From an uncultured Chloroflexia bacterium (GTDB lineage Bacteria; Chloroflexota; Dehalococcoidia; UBA2979): a stretch of 64,000 nt of DNA. Location of the stretch: assembly GCA_963728205.1 (NCBI GenBank), contig CAVSIV010000001.1, positions 672,001-736,000 on the forward strand. Reading direction: 5' to 3'. Positions 1 through 10,642 of the stretch are shown piece by piece. Under the pieces are notes generated by a model, which worked only from the letters and a program-made list of their open reading frames with translations, did not search any database and had not been told where the DNA came from. Numbering within the stretch: position 1 is the first letter of the stretch; each line of letters starts with the position of its first letter. The position numbers and the translations under genes are program-made.

Positions 1-44
1 CAGCGGCTGAGCCGCGTACCCTCCCGTCCGGGAGGCGGGCCGGC

Positions 45-581
45 GTGATCGAGATCGTCTTCGAAACCCATTCGCTCACCGAGGACAACGCGGCGGGCCG
101 CGCCACGGGCTGGCTGGACGGTCGGCTCTCCGCGGAGGGGCGGCGCCTGGCGGCCGAGCTCGGCGCGCGCCGCCGCGACGACCGCATCGCCGCCGTGTTC
201 GCCTCGGACCTCGGCCGGGCGCGCGAGACCGCCGACATCGCCTTCGCCGGTTCCGGCATCCCGGTGCTGCTCGACTGGCGGCTGCGTGAGTGCGACTACG
301 GCGCGCTCAACGGCGGACCCACGCGCGAGATGCACCCGTCGCGGCGGCTCCACATCGACGAGCCGTACCCGGGCGGCGAGTCGTGGCGCGAGGCCACGGA
401 CCGCGCGGCGCGGGTGCTCGACGACCTCGCGCCGCGCTGGTCGGGGCGGCGCGTGCTGCTCATCGGCCACGTCGCGACGCGCTGGGCGCTCGACCGGCGG
501 CTGCTCGGCCGCACGCTCGAGGCGCTCGTCGACGACGACTTCGGGTGGCGCGAGGGCTGGGAGTACGTGCTCGACGCGTAG
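45..581 (+). CDS. Histidine phosphatase (phosphoglycerate mutase-like) family protein
   Basis: N-terminal VFETHS in place of RHG; SDLGRARET, LRECDYG, YPGGES and LIGH motifs; GGAGG RBS upstream. Confidence 0.85.
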   Translation: MIEIVFETHSLTEDNAAGRATGWLDGRLSAEGRRLAAELGARRRDDRIAAVFASDLGRARETADIAFAGSGIPVLLDWRLRECDYGALNGGPTREMHPSRRLHIDEPYPGGESWREATDRAARVLDDLAPRWSGRRVLLIGHVATRWALDRRLLGRTLEALVDDDFGWREGWEYVLDA

Positions 582-602
582 CCGCGGTCGACGGGTGGCG
601 CG

Positions 603-1820
603 CTACGGTCCCCGGTCAGAAGGCGCCGCTTCCGCTTCGACATCCTCCTCGAGCCCGACCCCGAACAGCCCGGCCCGCACCACGGCGAGCGCGTCGGGCG
701 CGCGGGTCAGCAGCACGCCGATTCCCAGCACGATGTACATGATCGACAGCCCGTAGCGGACGTGCTGGCTGGGGAACGCGAGCTGCAGCAGGAACAGGCC
801 GCCCAGCGGGATCGCCGCCTGCGGCGACAGGCGGCGGTCCGCGATCAGCATCAGCGCGAAGAACGACTGCGCGGCGGTGAGCAGGACCTCCTCGCGCTGG
901 CGGCCGTCCATCGGCAGCCCGGCGAGCGTGTGCCCGGAGATCGCGAAGGCGATTGCGAGCGACCCGATGAGCAGCGTCCACTGGTTGACCAGCGACGAGA
1001 TCAGCGCGGTGAGCCCGCCGCTCGCGTTGCCGCGCCACACCAGGTACGTCGCCGCGAGGAACTCCGGGCTCTCGGACGCCAGCGGCGCGATCCACTGCAC
1101 GAGCAGGAACTGGTCGATGCCGAACTGCGTGCCCGTCGCGATCAGCCCGTCGGCGAACGGCTCTGCCGCGGCGAGGATGACGCCCGCCGCGTAGATGAAG
1201 AGCGCCGCCACGACTCCGCGCCGCCGCCACGGGCTGAGGTTCGCGACGAAGGCGACCGGCCCCTCCGCGGCCTCCGGCTCGCCGCGCGGCTGGCGCGAGA
1301 CGCGATAGAGGTAGAACGCGAGCAGCGAGATCAGCACGACGCTGTCGACCAGGCTGATGCTGCCCTTGAGCGGGATCGTGAACGCGTAGAGCGTCGCGGC
1401 GCCGAGCGTCACGACCTCGACGCTGACCGAGCGCGGCAGCTGGATGACGCGGCCGCGCGTGAAGAGGTAGAACGCGCCGAGCACGGTCGCCCACCCGAGC
1501 CCCACGATCAGGCGGTTGCCGCCGGTCATGTTGGCGACGGCGAACGGCGCCTGCGACGGATCGCTGCCCGCGCGCCACGCGAACAGCAGGTCGACGGCGT
1601 ACTCGGGCAGCACCGCGACGAAGGCGAGGATCGCGAGGCTGAGCGACGGCGGCAGGTCGTGCTCGCCGGCTTCCGCCGCGGCGCCGAGCACGAACGCGGC
1701 GCCGAGGATGCCGACGCCGAACACGGCGGTCTGCCAGGCCACCGGGAGCTCGATGCCCCCGAACCGCACGACGAGCCCGGGCACCCCGAGCAGGAGCACG
1801 ACGATCGAAACGATCGTCAT
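603..1820 (-). CDS. Sodium:calcium antiporter (CaCA family)
   Basis: About 10 TM segments; alpha-repeat motifs AVLPEYAVD...ANMTGGN and PLASESPE...SSLVNQW; start set to the ATG of MTIVSIV. Confidence 0.85.
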   Translation of the reverse strand: MTIVSIVVLLLGVPGLVVRFGGIELPVAWQTAVFGVGILGAAFVLGAAAEAGEHDLPPSLSLAILAFVAVLPEYAVDLLFAWRAGSDPSQAPFAVANMTGGNRLIVGLGWATVLGAFYLFTRGRVIQLPRSVSVEVVTLGAATLYAFTIPLKGSISLVDSVVLISLLAFYLYRVSRQPRGEPEAAEGPVAFVANLSPWRRRGVVAALFIYAAGVILAAAEPFADGLIATGTQFGIDQFLLVQWIAPLASESPEFLAATYLVWRGNASGGLTALISSLVNQWTLLIGSLAIAFAISGHTLAGLPMDGRQREEVLLTAAQSFFALMLIADRRLSPQAAIPLGGLFLLQLAFPSQHVRYGLSIMYIVLGIGVLLTRAPDALAVVRAGLFGVGLEEDVEAEAAPSDRGP

Positions 1821-1861
1821 CGTCCTGCTGGTCCCGCCGGCGTGCGGCTCCGCGGCTGCGC

Positions 1862-2743
1862 TCACCTCCCGGCCCCGCTCGGCACGAGCGACTCGAAGAC
1901 CACGACGCCGTTGCGCGCGCGGCTGCCGTGGCCGCAGGTCGTGAAGCCGGCCGGCGCAAGCGGCCGGAGCGTCTCGCCGGCGAACATCAACTCGGCGAGC
2001 GACCACCCGCCGGCGCCGCGCGCCTGCACGACCAGCGCCTCGCCGCCGGGATCCGGGAAGGGGTCGCGCAGCTCGGCGGCCGCGCCGGCGCCCACCGGCC
2101 GCCACTCGCCGCCGTCCGCGGGCACAGCGCCGACGGCGAACGCGTCGCGCACGCGGTGCGAGAAGTAGATGGTCTCGCCGTCGACGGACCACGCGACCGA
2201 CTCCGCGGCGACGTCGCTGGCGACGGAGGCGGGCTCGGCGTGCTCCTCGGCGGCGACGAGCCAGATGCCCGGCCGTCCGTCGCGGTTCGAGACGAACGCG
2301 ATGCGCGTGGAGTCGGGATTGATTGCGGGGCGCTGGTCGTACCACTCGCCGGTCGTGACCTGGCGCACGCCGCGGCCGTCCAGTCGCATCGTGAACACGT
2401 GCGCCTGCACCTCGCCGGCGAGGCCGAGGCGACCCGGCGTCTCGCGCACCTCGTCCATGTCGACGCTGCGCTGGTTCCCGAAGCGGTCGGAGACGAACAC
2501 GATCTCCGTGCCGCTCAGGCCGTAGCCCGGGTGCCACGAGCCGGACGCCATCGACGTCAGCCGGAACACCTTCCCGCTCTCGAGATCGGCTCGCCAGATA
2601 CCCGGCGTGCCGAGCGCGCCGCCCCAGAAGACCGCGTGCGTGCCGTCGGGGTGGATGCACGGATGGGCGTAGTAGCCGACGGGCGGCGAGATCCGTCGCA
2701 CCTCACCGCTCGGGAACCACGCGAAGATCGCCGGATCGGGCAT
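1862..2743 (-). CDS. TolB-like / PD40 beta-propeller protein
   Basis: Repeated P-x-x-(H/N)PDG/S..IAFVSNRDG and WSVDGETIYF motifs. Confidence 0.7.
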   Translation of the reverse strand: MPDPAIFAWFPSGEVRRISPPVGYYAHPCIHPDGTHAVFWGGALGTPGIWRADLESGKVFRLTSMASGSWHPGYGLSGTEIVFVSDRFGNQRSVDMDEVRETPGRLGLAGEVQAHVFTMRLDGRGVRQVTTGEWYDQRPAINPDSTRIAFVSNRDGRPGIWLVAAEEHAEPASVASDVAAESVAWSVDGETIYFSHRVRDAFAVGAVPADGGEWRPVGAGAAAELRDPFPDPGGEALVVQARGAGGWSLAELMFAGETLRPLAPAGFTTCGHGSRARNGVVVFESLVPSGAGR

Positions 2744-2810
2744 CGCGCCCCGATTCTCGGCGATGCGGCGACGGGCGACAAACGAGGATGCACACCGTCG
2801 CGCATTGCGG

Positions 2811-3596
2811 TCAGGCGCGGCGCTCGTGCGCGGGCTCGGAGTCGTCGCCGAGCAAGCGCAGCACCGGGGGCGCGACCTCGAGCTCGCGATAGAGCGGTTC
2901 GACGACGTTCGACGCCCGATCGACAGCCTGGCGGATCTCCTCGTTCCAGAACTGAGCCAGCGGATCCAGGTCCTCCGCGCTGAGCCGCAGCTCGTGCATC
3001 GAGTACGAGCCGCGCTGGTAGAGGACGACGTCCACGGGAGGGTCGACGTCGGTCGCGCTGGTGCGCGTCGCATCGAACGACAGCAGGCCGTCGCGCAATG
3101 CCTGGCGCAGCGGGTTGCCGTACCGCCAGACGCGGTCGAGCAGCGGCTTGCCGTACCGCGTCTCGCCGATGATCACGTACGGCGTGCCCGTGCCGACCTC
3201 GATCCAGTTGCCCTCGGGGTAGATCAGGAAGAGGTGGTGCGTGTCGTCGTTGCGCAGCTGCCCGCCGAGGATGAGGTGCAGGTCGAAGGCGAGGCCGCTC
3301 TCGGCGAGCCAGCGCTGATCCTCCTCGCGCACGCGCCGGATCTCGTCGGCGAGGGCATTGGCGGCGCGGTACATCTTGTCGAGGTCGGTGCCGTCCTGCT
3401 GCAGGCGCTCGTCGAAGTACGTGATCGCCTTGTCGCGCAGCGACCGCAGGCCGCTCGTGAGGATGAACATTGCAGCGCCCTGGTGCTGGTGCACCGAGAT
3501 CTTCTTCGCGACCGAGGCCTCGGTGCCGCTCGTGATGCGCGTATCCGCGATGGCGAGCAGGCCGTCGTCGGTCTTCATGCCGAGACAGAAGGTCAT
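2811..3596 (-). CDS. Proteasome-type Ntn protease (Anbu-like)
   Basis: MTFCLG start exposes catalytic Thr2; ADTRITSG, LFLIYPEGNWIE, IGETRYGKPLLDR, LLSFDATR. Confidence 0.9.
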   Translation of the reverse strand: MTFCLGMKTDDGLLAIADTRITSGTEASVAKKISVHQHQGAAMFILTSGLRSLRDKAITYFDERLQQDGTDLDKMYRAANALADEIRRVREEDQRWLAESGLAFDLHLILGGQLRNDDTHHLFLIYPEGNWIEVGTGTPYVIIGETRYGKPLLDRVWRYGNPLRQALRDGLLSFDATRTSATDVDPPVDVVLYQRGSYSMHELRLSAEDLDPLAQFWNEEIRQAVDRASNVVEPLYRELEVAPPVLRLLGDDSEPAHERRA

Positions 3597-3603
3597 GCGT
3601 TTC

Positions 3604-4443
3604 CTATTGCTGCGTCGCCGCCTGGCCGTGGCTCTCCACGCGCAGCGCGGCGCTCCACGACTCCTCGGTGACGCCCTGGTACGAGCCGCGCACCGGCGCC
3701 ACGTCATCGTAGTCGCGACCCAGGGCAGTGACGACGTAGCGCTCGTCCTCGCGGACGTGGTTCGACGGGTCGAAGCCGTGCCACGCGCCGCCGGCGTAGA
3801 CGCGCACCCAGGCGTGGCTGGCGTCGGCGGCGGCGGCGCCGTCGGTCGGGGCGAGGTAGCCGCTGACGTACAGCGCCGGCACGCCGCGCAGGCGCAGCAC
3901 CGCCAGCATGAGGTGCGTGAAGTCCTGGCACACGCCGCGCCCGTGCGCGAGGAAGTCGAGCGCCGTGTCCTCGACCGCGGTCTCGCCGGCGGCGAACTCG
4001 AAGCGGTCGGCAAGCAGGTCGCTCAGGCGCACGGCGTAGGCGAGCGGGTCGGCGGCGGGATCGCCGTCGCCCGCGGCCGCGGCCGCAAGTGCGACGAGGC
4101 CGGCGTCTCCGCCGGGGACGCGGCGCGTGGGCTGCACGGCGAGCGTGCGCAGCAGTGGCGTCAGCGCCGGCGCGCCGACCGGCCCGGCTGCGGTCTGCAC
4201 GCGGGCGCGCAGTGTGATGCGGACGCGCTCCACGGGGCCGAGCAGCGACACGCTGTGCATCGTGTTGCCGAATGCGTCGGCGCGCGGGTGCTCGTGCAGC
4301 GGTCCGGGCGGGTCGACGGTGAGCGACTGCTCGACCACGTGCTGCCCGCCGACCGTCGTCGGCGCCACGTGCAGCTCCATGTTCAACAGCCGCACCGGCG
4401 GGTCGTAGCGATAGGTGCTGCGCCAGTCGAGGGAGACCAGCAT
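3604..4443 (-). CDS. Transglutaminase-like family protein
   Basis: GVCQDFTH, YVSGYL, SHAWV, GFDPSN (Cys-His-Asp triad), GRDYDDVAP. Confidence 0.9.
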   Translation of the reverse strand: MLVSLDWRSTYRYDPPVRLLNMELHVAPTTVGGQHVVEQSLTVDPPGPLHEHPRADAFGNTMHSVSLLGPVERVRITLRARVQTAAGPVGAPALTPLLRTLAVQPTRRVPGGDAGLVALAAAAAGDGDPAADPLAYAVRLSDLLADRFEFAAGETAVEDTALDFLAHGRGVCQDFTHLMLAVLRLRGVPALYVSGYLAPTDGAAAADASHAWVRVYAGGAWHGFDPSNHVREDERYVVTALGRDYDDVAPVRGSYQGVTEESWSAALRVESHGQAATQQ

Positions 4444-5405
4444 CAGACGGAGTCCGGGAGCGCGCGGAACACGTGGTCGGTGAGCCCGACGTTGACCGAC
4501 GCGAGCTGCACCTGCACGCCGTCGAGGTATTCGTGCAGCCCGGTGCCGAGCGCCTGCTGCACGTCCATGGCCGCGAGGTCGAGCTCGAGCAGCGCGATCG
4601 CGCGCTCGCCGTGCACGCGCTGGCGCGGCGGCGTCTGCCGCGTGGCCGCGCGGTAGTGGCGCTGCAGTGCGCGCACGCAGAACAGCAGCGAGCGCGGGAA
4701 GTCGGGGTGGAAGAGCAGCATCGACGCGACGCGCGGGCCGCTGATCTCGCCCGGCCCGGACTTACGGAACGCCTCCCACGCGCTGGCCGAGCGCAGGATC
4801 GCCATCCACTGGTAGCGGTCGAGCGCGCCGCCCACCTCGCTCACCGCCGGCAGCAGCAGGTGGTACTTCGTGTCGAGGATGCGGCTTGTCATGTCGGCGC
4901 GCTCGACGAACAGTCCGCAGCGGAACCAGTCGCGGCCCTCGTCGAAGAGCACCGTGTTGTCGTAGAGCCCGAACACCGTCTCGATCGCGCGCTTCACGCC
5001 GCCGCAGTGATCGTAGAGCTCCATCTCACGCAGGTCGTTGCGACGGTTGAGGTCGAGGTGCAGCGTGTTGATCTCCTCCCACACCTCGCGCGAGATGTGC
5101 GGCCGCAGCGTGCGCGCGAGCTCGCGCGCGGCGGCGACGGTGCTGCGGATCGAGTTCGGGTTGTCGCGGGCGAGCACGAGGTACTCGGACGGCGAACGGC
5201 TCGCGTTCGCCGCCCGCGCGGCCGCGAAGTCGGCGTGCGCGCCGGTCGCGGCGATCAGCGCCTCCCACGTCGACGGCGCGTGCTCGACGAGCGCGCCCGC
5301 CTCGACCGACGCGTGGAAGTCGACGTGCACCATGCGCGCGACGTTCTCAGCGCGCTCCAGGTGGCGGCCCAGCCAGTACAGGTTCTCGGCGGTGCGACTC
5401 AGCAT
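4443..5405 (-). CDS. Alpha-E domain protein (DUF403)
   Basis: MLSRTAENLYWLGRHLERAEN, second ERAD motif, FPRSL. Confidence 0.9.
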   Translation of the reverse strand: MLSRTAENLYWLGRHLERAENVARMVHVDFHASVEAGALVEHAPSTWEALIAATGAHADFAAARAANASRSPSEYLVLARDNPNSIRSTVAAARELARTLRPHISREVWEEINTLHLDLNRRNDLREMELYDHCGGVKRAIETVFGLYDNTVLFDEGRDWFRCGLFVERADMTSRILDTKYHLLLPAVSEVGGALDRYQWMAILRSASAWEAFRKSGPGEISGPRVASMLLFHPDFPRSLLFCVRALQRHYRAATRQTPPRQRVHGERAIALLELDLAAMDVQQALGTGLHEYLDGVQVQLASVNVGLTDHVFRALPDSV

Positions 5406-5410
5406 CGCCG

Positions 5411-6913
5411 TCAGACCCCCGGCGGGACGGCGGGCCCGGCGTCGCCGGCCGCGCCCGCCTCGCCGTCGTCGGTGAGCACCCAGGTGTCCTTGCTGCCGCC
5501 GCCCTGCGACGAGTTCACGACGTACGACCCCGCACGCAGCGCCACGCGCGTGAGGCCGCCCGGCAGCACCCACGTCGACGCGCCGCTCAGCACGTACGGC
5601 CGCAGATCGGCGCGGCGCGCCTGCAGGCGGTCGTCCTGGAACGTCGGGATCGTCGAGAACTCCTGCAGCGGCTGCGCGATCCACTGGCGCGGCTCCGCCC
5701 GCACCGCCGCGACCACCTCCGCGAGGCGGTCGTCGCTCGCCTGCGGGCCGATCACCACCCCGTAGCCGCCCGACGCGTTCGCCGGCTTCAGCACGAGGTC
5801 GCGCGCGTGCTCGATGATGGTGGCGCGCTCCTCAGGCACGGCCGCCGCGTAGGTCTCGACGTTCGGCAGGATCGGCTCCTCGCCGAGGAAGTAGCGGATG
5901 AGGTCGGGGACGAAGCGATAGACGACCTTGTCGTCGGCGACGCCGGCGCCCACCGCGTTCACGACCGTCACGTTGCCGGCGCGGTACGCGCTCATCAGCC
6001 CGCTCACGCCGAGCATCGAGTCGGGGCGGAAGGCCAGCGGGTCGAGGAACGCGTCGTCGACGCGCCGATAGATGACGTGCACGGGCTCGAGCCCCGACGT
6101 CGAGCGCAGGTAGATGCGGTCGTCGTGCGCGACGAGGTCGACGCCCTCGACGAGCGGGATGCCCATCTGCTGCGCGAGGAACGCGTGCTCGAAGTACGCC
6201 GAATTGTAGATGCCCGGCGTGAGGACGACCGCCCGGCACTCCGCCTCCGAGATGTGCGGCGGGCGCACCTGGATCAGCATCGAGAGCAGGCGGCCGGGAT
6301 AGTCGCCGACCGGCGCGACGCCGCGCGGCGGGAAGAGGTCGGGCGCGACGCGCACCATCACCGTGCGGTTCTCGATCACATAGGAGACCCCGGAGGGCGT
6401 CCGCAGGTTGTCCTCGAGCACGACATAACCGCCGTCGGCTGCGCGCACGAGGTCGACGCCCGCGATATGCGCGTACACGCCGAGCGGCGGCTCGAAGCCG
6501 GCCATGCGGGCGTTGTACTCGGGGGCCCCGAAGACGACGTCGGCCGGGACGACGCCGTCGGACACCGAGCGCTGCTCGTTGTAGATGTCGTGCAGGAAGA
6601 GGTTGAGGGCGCGCACGCGCTGCGTGAGGCCAGCTTCGACGTGCAGCCACTCGCTGTGCGCGACGATGCGGGGGATCAGCGAGAAGGGGAAGATACGCTC
6701 GGTGCCCTGCTCGTCGGAGTAGACGGTGAAGGTGATGCCGGCGTTGAGCAGCGCCAGGTCGGCGCGCGACTGCCGGAGGTGGTACTCGGCGACGTCCCAC
6801 GCAGCGAGGCGCTCGGCGAACGCGCGGTAGTGCGGGCGGATCGCGCCGGTGCCGTCGAACATCTCGTCGGGGCCGGCGAGGGGCTCGTAGCCGTGGAGGA
6901 ACTCGCCGGGCAT
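5411..6913 (-). CDS. Circularly permuted type 2 ATP-grasp protein
   Basis: VLEDNLRTPSGVSY, TPGIYNSAYFEH, IYRRVDD, DLRPY, GGLTRVAL, VNSSQGGGSKDTW. Confidence 0.93.
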   Translation of the reverse strand: MPGEFLHGYEPLAGPDEMFDGTGAIRPHYRAFAERLAAWDVAEYHLRQSRADLALLNAGITFTVYSDEQGTERIFPFSLIPRIVAHSEWLHVEAGLTQRVRALNLFLHDIYNEQRSVSDGVVPADVVFGAPEYNARMAGFEPPLGVYAHIAGVDLVRAADGGYVVLEDNLRTPSGVSYVIENRTVMVRVAPDLFPPRGVAPVGDYPGRLLSMLIQVRPPHISEAECRAVVLTPGIYNSAYFEHAFLAQQMGIPLVEGVDLVAHDDRIYLRSTSGLEPVHVIYRRVDDAFLDPLAFRPDSMLGVSGLMSAYRAGNVTVVNAVGAGVADDKVVYRFVPDLIRYFLGEEPILPNVETYAAAVPEERATIIEHARDLVLKPANASGGYGVVIGPQASDDRLAEVVAAVRAEPRQWIAQPLQEFSTIPTFQDDRLQARRADLRPYVLSGASTWVLPGGLTRVALRAGSYVVNSSQGGGSKDTWVLTDDGEAGAAGDAGPAVPPGV

Positions 6914-7057
6914 GGGACGCCTTACGCCGGGTGGTGCGCGGTTGCGTGCTGTTTATAGCAGGCGGCGGTTTCGCGCCTGTTGCCGGCCGCGCCGGCGCGC
7001 GGCAGGCTGCGGATGTTCGGTCGCGGGTCGCGGGTCCGCCGATCGCGGATCTCGACA

Positions 7058-7109
7058 AAGCGGCGGCAGAGATGCCGCCGACTGCATCGGCGGCGTTCTG
7101 CCGCCGCTT
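7058..7109. repeat. Intergenic GC-rich hairpin, family B copy 1
   Basis: AAGCGGCGGCAGAGATGCCGCCGA ... TCGGCGGCGTTCTGCCGCCGCTT; one arm matches the reverse complement of 54689-54715. Confidence 0.65.
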
Positions 7110-7141
7110 GCAGCGGGTTGTTGGATCTGTGAGGTGCCGCC

Positions 7142-8117
7142 ATGCCGCACGTGCTCGCCGCCGACGTCGGCGGGACCTGGATGCGCGCCGCCGTCGTGAG
7201 CGACGCCGGCGCGGTGCTGGCGCGGCGGCAGGGCGCGACGCTGCCCGAGCGCGGCATCGAGGACGCGGCCGAGCGGCTCGCGACGCTGCTCGGCGAGGCG
7301 AGGCGCGAGGCGGGCGTTCCGGTCCTGGGGCTCGGCATCTCGAGCGCGGGGCCGATCGAACCCGCGTCGGGCACGTACGCGCACCCGCCGAACCTCCCTG
7401 GCTGGCACGGGTCCACGATGTGGCCGGTGCTCGAGAGCCTGCTCGCGGTGCCGGTCACGTTCGGGCACGACGCCACGCTCGCCGCCGTCGCGGAGACGCG
7501 CCTCGGCGCCGGCCGTGGGCTGCGCGATTCTGCTCTACATCACGGTCAGCACGGGCATCGGCGGCGGGATCGTGGCGAACGGCGCGCCGGTCACCGGCGC
7601 GCACGGCGGCGCGGGCGAGGTCGGCCACCTGATCGTCTCCCCCGGCGGCCGCGCCTGCGGCGCCGGCTGCGCCGGCTGCCTCGAGGGCGTTGCCTCCGGC
7701 CCCGCCATCGCCGCCGACGCGCGCGATCGCCTCGCCGCCGGCGCGGACATGGGCGGCGGCTCCGCGCTGCGCGCGGTCGCCGGCGCCGGGGAGCTCACCG
7801 CTGCCGACGTCTTCGTCGCGGCCGACGCCGGCGACGCGCTCGCGCGCGACGTCGTTGCCACGGCGATCGGTCACCTCGGCATCGGGATCGCGGGCCTGCT
7901 CGCCACGCTCGACCCCGCGCTCGTCGTGATCGGCGGCGGCGTGGGGCTCGCGCTCGCCAGCCGCGCCGATGCGCTGCAGGCGGCGGTGCGCGCCGTCGCG
8001 CTGCCCCGCTACGCCGGCGGCGCGCCGCTCGCGTTCACGGCGTTCGGCGACGACGTCGGGCTCATCGGCGCGGCGGTGGCGGCGTTCGCGGAGGTGGGAG
8101 TGGCGGTCGGGGAGTAG
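7142..8117 (+). CDS. ROK family kinase (frameshift near 7528, probably a sequencing error)
   Basis: ADVGGT in the first frame; STGIGGG, GEVGH, CGAGCAGCLE in the second frame. Confidence 0.8.
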
Positions 8118-8198
8118 GTGGTTCGACTTCGCTCACCACGAACGGGACGCCGAGGAAGCCACTCAGCCGACCGTTCGTGGTAAGCGAAGTCGAACCAC
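8118..8198. repeat. REP/MITE-like inverted repeat, family A copy 1
   Basis: GTGGTTCGACTTCGCTCACCACGAACGG ... CCGTTCGTGGTAAGCGAAGTCGAACCAC between convergent genes. Confidence 0.8.
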
Positions 8199-8209
8199 GG
8201 ATCCGCGCG

Positions 8210-9578
8210 CTACTTCCCCACCGGCCCGAGCACGCGGTCGAGGTACGCGTTCGAGAACGTGCCCTTCGGATCGACCCGCGCGCGCACCTGTTGGAACTCG
8301 TCCCAGCGGGGGTAGAGCGGCCGCAGCGTCGACGCGTTCTGGAAATGCAGCTTGCCCCAGTGCGGACGGCCGTCGTAGTCGCGCATCACCGCCTCGACCG
8401 CCGCGAAGTAGCGCTCGTACGGCTCGTGGCGTCGCATGTGCACCGCGATCGAGCAGGTCGCGCGACCCTGGCACATCGAGAGCGGGATGTCGTCGGCGGC
8501 CGCGAAGCGCACCTCGATCGGCATCGCGATGCGCTGCGGGCTCTGCGCGATCACCTCGCGCACGCGGCCGATGGCCTCGCGCGCGGCCTCGCGCGGGATG
8601 AAGTACTCCATCTCGTGGAAGCGGACCTTTCGCTCCGACGTGAAGACGAGATAGCTCCGGTCGACGTAGTCCTCGCGCGTCGTCGACGGCAGCAGCCGCC
8701 GCGCGCGGCGGGCGACGCCGGGCGCGACGCGGTCGACCTGGACGAGCCCGTTCGACGCGAGGTTCGCCACGAGCACGTCGTCGCGGAAGCGGCGCCACGC
8801 CGGCAGCGCGTCGGCCGGCCGCGGCGTGCGGTTGTTGCGCTTGGTGAACGCGAGCGACGAGCCCGGGTACCAGAAGAACTCGAAGTGCTCGTTCTCCGCG
8901 ACGTGGCGATTGAGAATCCTCGATCACCTCGTCGACGGGCAGCATCTGCTCGAGCGCGTGCAGGTTGAACGCCGGCTCGAGCCGCATCGTCACGGTCGAG
9001 ATCACGCCCAGCGCGCCGAGCCCGACGCGTGCCGCGCGGAAGAGCGCGGCGTCGTCCTCGGTGGAGCAGTCGACGACCGACCCGTCCGCGGTGACGACGC
9101 GCACGGCGGCGACCTGCGTGGCGAGGCAGCCGTAGCGGATACCGGTGCCGTGCGTGCCGGTGGAGATGGCGCCGCTGATGGTCTGGTAGGCGATGTCGCC
9201 CATGTCCTCCATGGCGAGTCCACGCGGGAAGACGCGACGGCTGAACGCGGCGAGGGTCATGCCGGACTGCGCGGTAGCGCGCAGCGTGGAGCGGTTGGTG
9301 CGCAGCAGGCGGCCGTAGCTGCGCAGGTCGAGCAGGTGGCCGTCGGTGAGGGCGATGCCGGTGAACGAGTGGCCCGAGCCGACGACCTTCACGCGTTCGC
9401 CGATCACCGATGCGGAGCCGACGATCGCGGCGATCTCGTCCTCGGTGCGGGGCCGATGGATCTCGAGCGGCGAGCAGACCTGCGTGCCGGCCCAGTTGTG
9501 CCAGCGGGTGCGTTCCTGAGTGGGCAGGGGCACGTCGACTCCCGTTCGTGGCGCCGCGGGGCGCCGAGCACGGGGCAT
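8210..9578 (-). CDS. FAD-linked oxidase, D-arabinono-1,4-lactone oxidase family (frameshift near 8910; start uncertain)
   Basis: WHNWAG, VGSGHSF, GAISTGTHGTG, GLGALGVI; C-terminal EMEY, PIEVRF, GRPHWGK, DPKGTFSN in another frame. Confidence 0.8.
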
Positions 9579-9608
9579 GATCCGGCGAGGGGGAGTCTCG
9601 GGCAAGGC

Positions 9609-9712
9609 GTGGGTTCGACTGCGCTCACCACGAACGGACGCGAGGGGAGGCCGTCAGCGGAGCGCTCGCGAGGCCGGTCCTGGCCGATCATGGTGAGCGC
9701 AGTCGAACCACG
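9609..9712. repeat. REP/MITE-like inverted repeat, family A copy 2
   Basis: GGTTCGACTGCGCTCACCACGAACGG ... TGGTGAGCGCAGTCGAACC. Confidence 0.8.
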
Positions 9713-9725
9713 AACCGGCGCTGCG

Positions 9726-10460
9726 TCAGAGCGCGCGCAGGATCTCCGCCGGTGCGTTCGACGTGATCGACGCGACGCCGAGCGCGGCGAGCGCCCGCGC
9801 GGCCGCCGGTGCGTTCACCGTCCACGTCGTCACCACCAGGTTGCGGCGCTCCGCCTCGCGCATCAGCGCCGCGTCGACGAGCCGATAATCCGGGTTCACG
9901 CCGTCGAGTCCGAGGCCGGCCGCGAGGTCGACGGCGCGACGCAGTCCGTCCACGCCCTCTCGCTGCTGGACGCTCACCGTCGCGACCGCGCTGTGGAGGT
10001 GGCGCTTGAGTGCGGCCAGCTCGCGCGCGTCCGGACCGGTGAGCCGGCAGACGTCGGCGAGACCCGAGCGCCGCACCGCCTCCGCGATGCCGTCGACGAG
10101 GCGGGGCGCGCAGATGTCGACGACCGGGTAGACGTCGCCGGCCCGGAAGGCCGCGAGCGCCTCGGAGAGCGTGGGGACGCGCTCCGGCGTCTGCGCGCCG
10201 CCCGGTCCGCGCAGCGCGAGCATGCGCACCTGGTCGACGGTGACCGCGTCGACGCGTCTGTCGATGCCGGTCGTGCGCGCGAGCGTGTCGTCGTGCACGA
10301 GGACGAGCGTGCCGTCCGCCAGCGCGCGCACGTCGAACTCGACACCGTCGACGCCGTCCGCGATCGCGGCGGCGATGCCGGCGAGCGAGTTCTCGGGATG
10401 CGTCGCCATGTGCGTGCGATGCGAGACGATGAGCGGCCGGCGCGGAGGATCGCCTACCAC
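9726..10460 (-). CDS. Glycerophosphodiester phosphodiesterase family protein
   Basis: SHR..PENSLA, GVEFDV, LVHDDTLARTT, RVPTLSE, WTVN, ITSN; GTG start overlaps the upstream stop. Confidence 0.85.
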   Translation of the reverse strand: MVGDPPRRPLIVSHRTHMATHPENSLAGIAAAIADGVDGVEFDVRALADGTLVLVHDDTLARTTGIDRRVDAVTVDQVRMLALRGPGGAQTPERVPTLSEALAAFRAGDVYPVVDICAPRLVDGIAEAVRRSGLADVCRLTGPDARELAALKRHLHSAVATVSVQQREGVDGLRRAVDLAAGLGLDGVNPDYRLVDAALMREAERRNLVVTTWTVNAPAAARALAALGVASITSNAPAEILRAL

Positions 10461-10642
10461 CAGCCGACCTTGTGGAGCTTGCCGGAGTGCTCCCAGCCGC
10501 GCGTGCCCGTCTTCTGGATGCGCGCGAGGTGCTTGGCGCAGAGCCAGAGCGTCAGACGCTCGCGGTCGTCGTCGATCCAGCGGAGGATGGCGACCTCGGC
10601 CTTGGGCGGGGCAGTGCAGAATTCGCAGCGCTGTGTGGGCAT
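10454..10642 (-). CDS. Small hypothetical protein (62 aa) with CxxC...CxxH motif
   Basis: MPTQRCEFC...WLCAKH...KVGWW; stop overlaps the GDPD start. Confidence 0.55.
   Translation of the reverse strand: MPTQRCEFCTAPPKAEVAILRWIDDDRERLTLWLCAKHLARIQKTGTRGWEHSGKLHKVGWW

Noticed and set aside
5411-6913. ATP-grasp as the modifying enzyme of the SITWD repeats (graspetide-like RiPP)
   Set aside because: It lies 18 kb away, is the circularly permuted type tied to alpha-E/Anbu, and the repeats lack Lys and a graspetide leader
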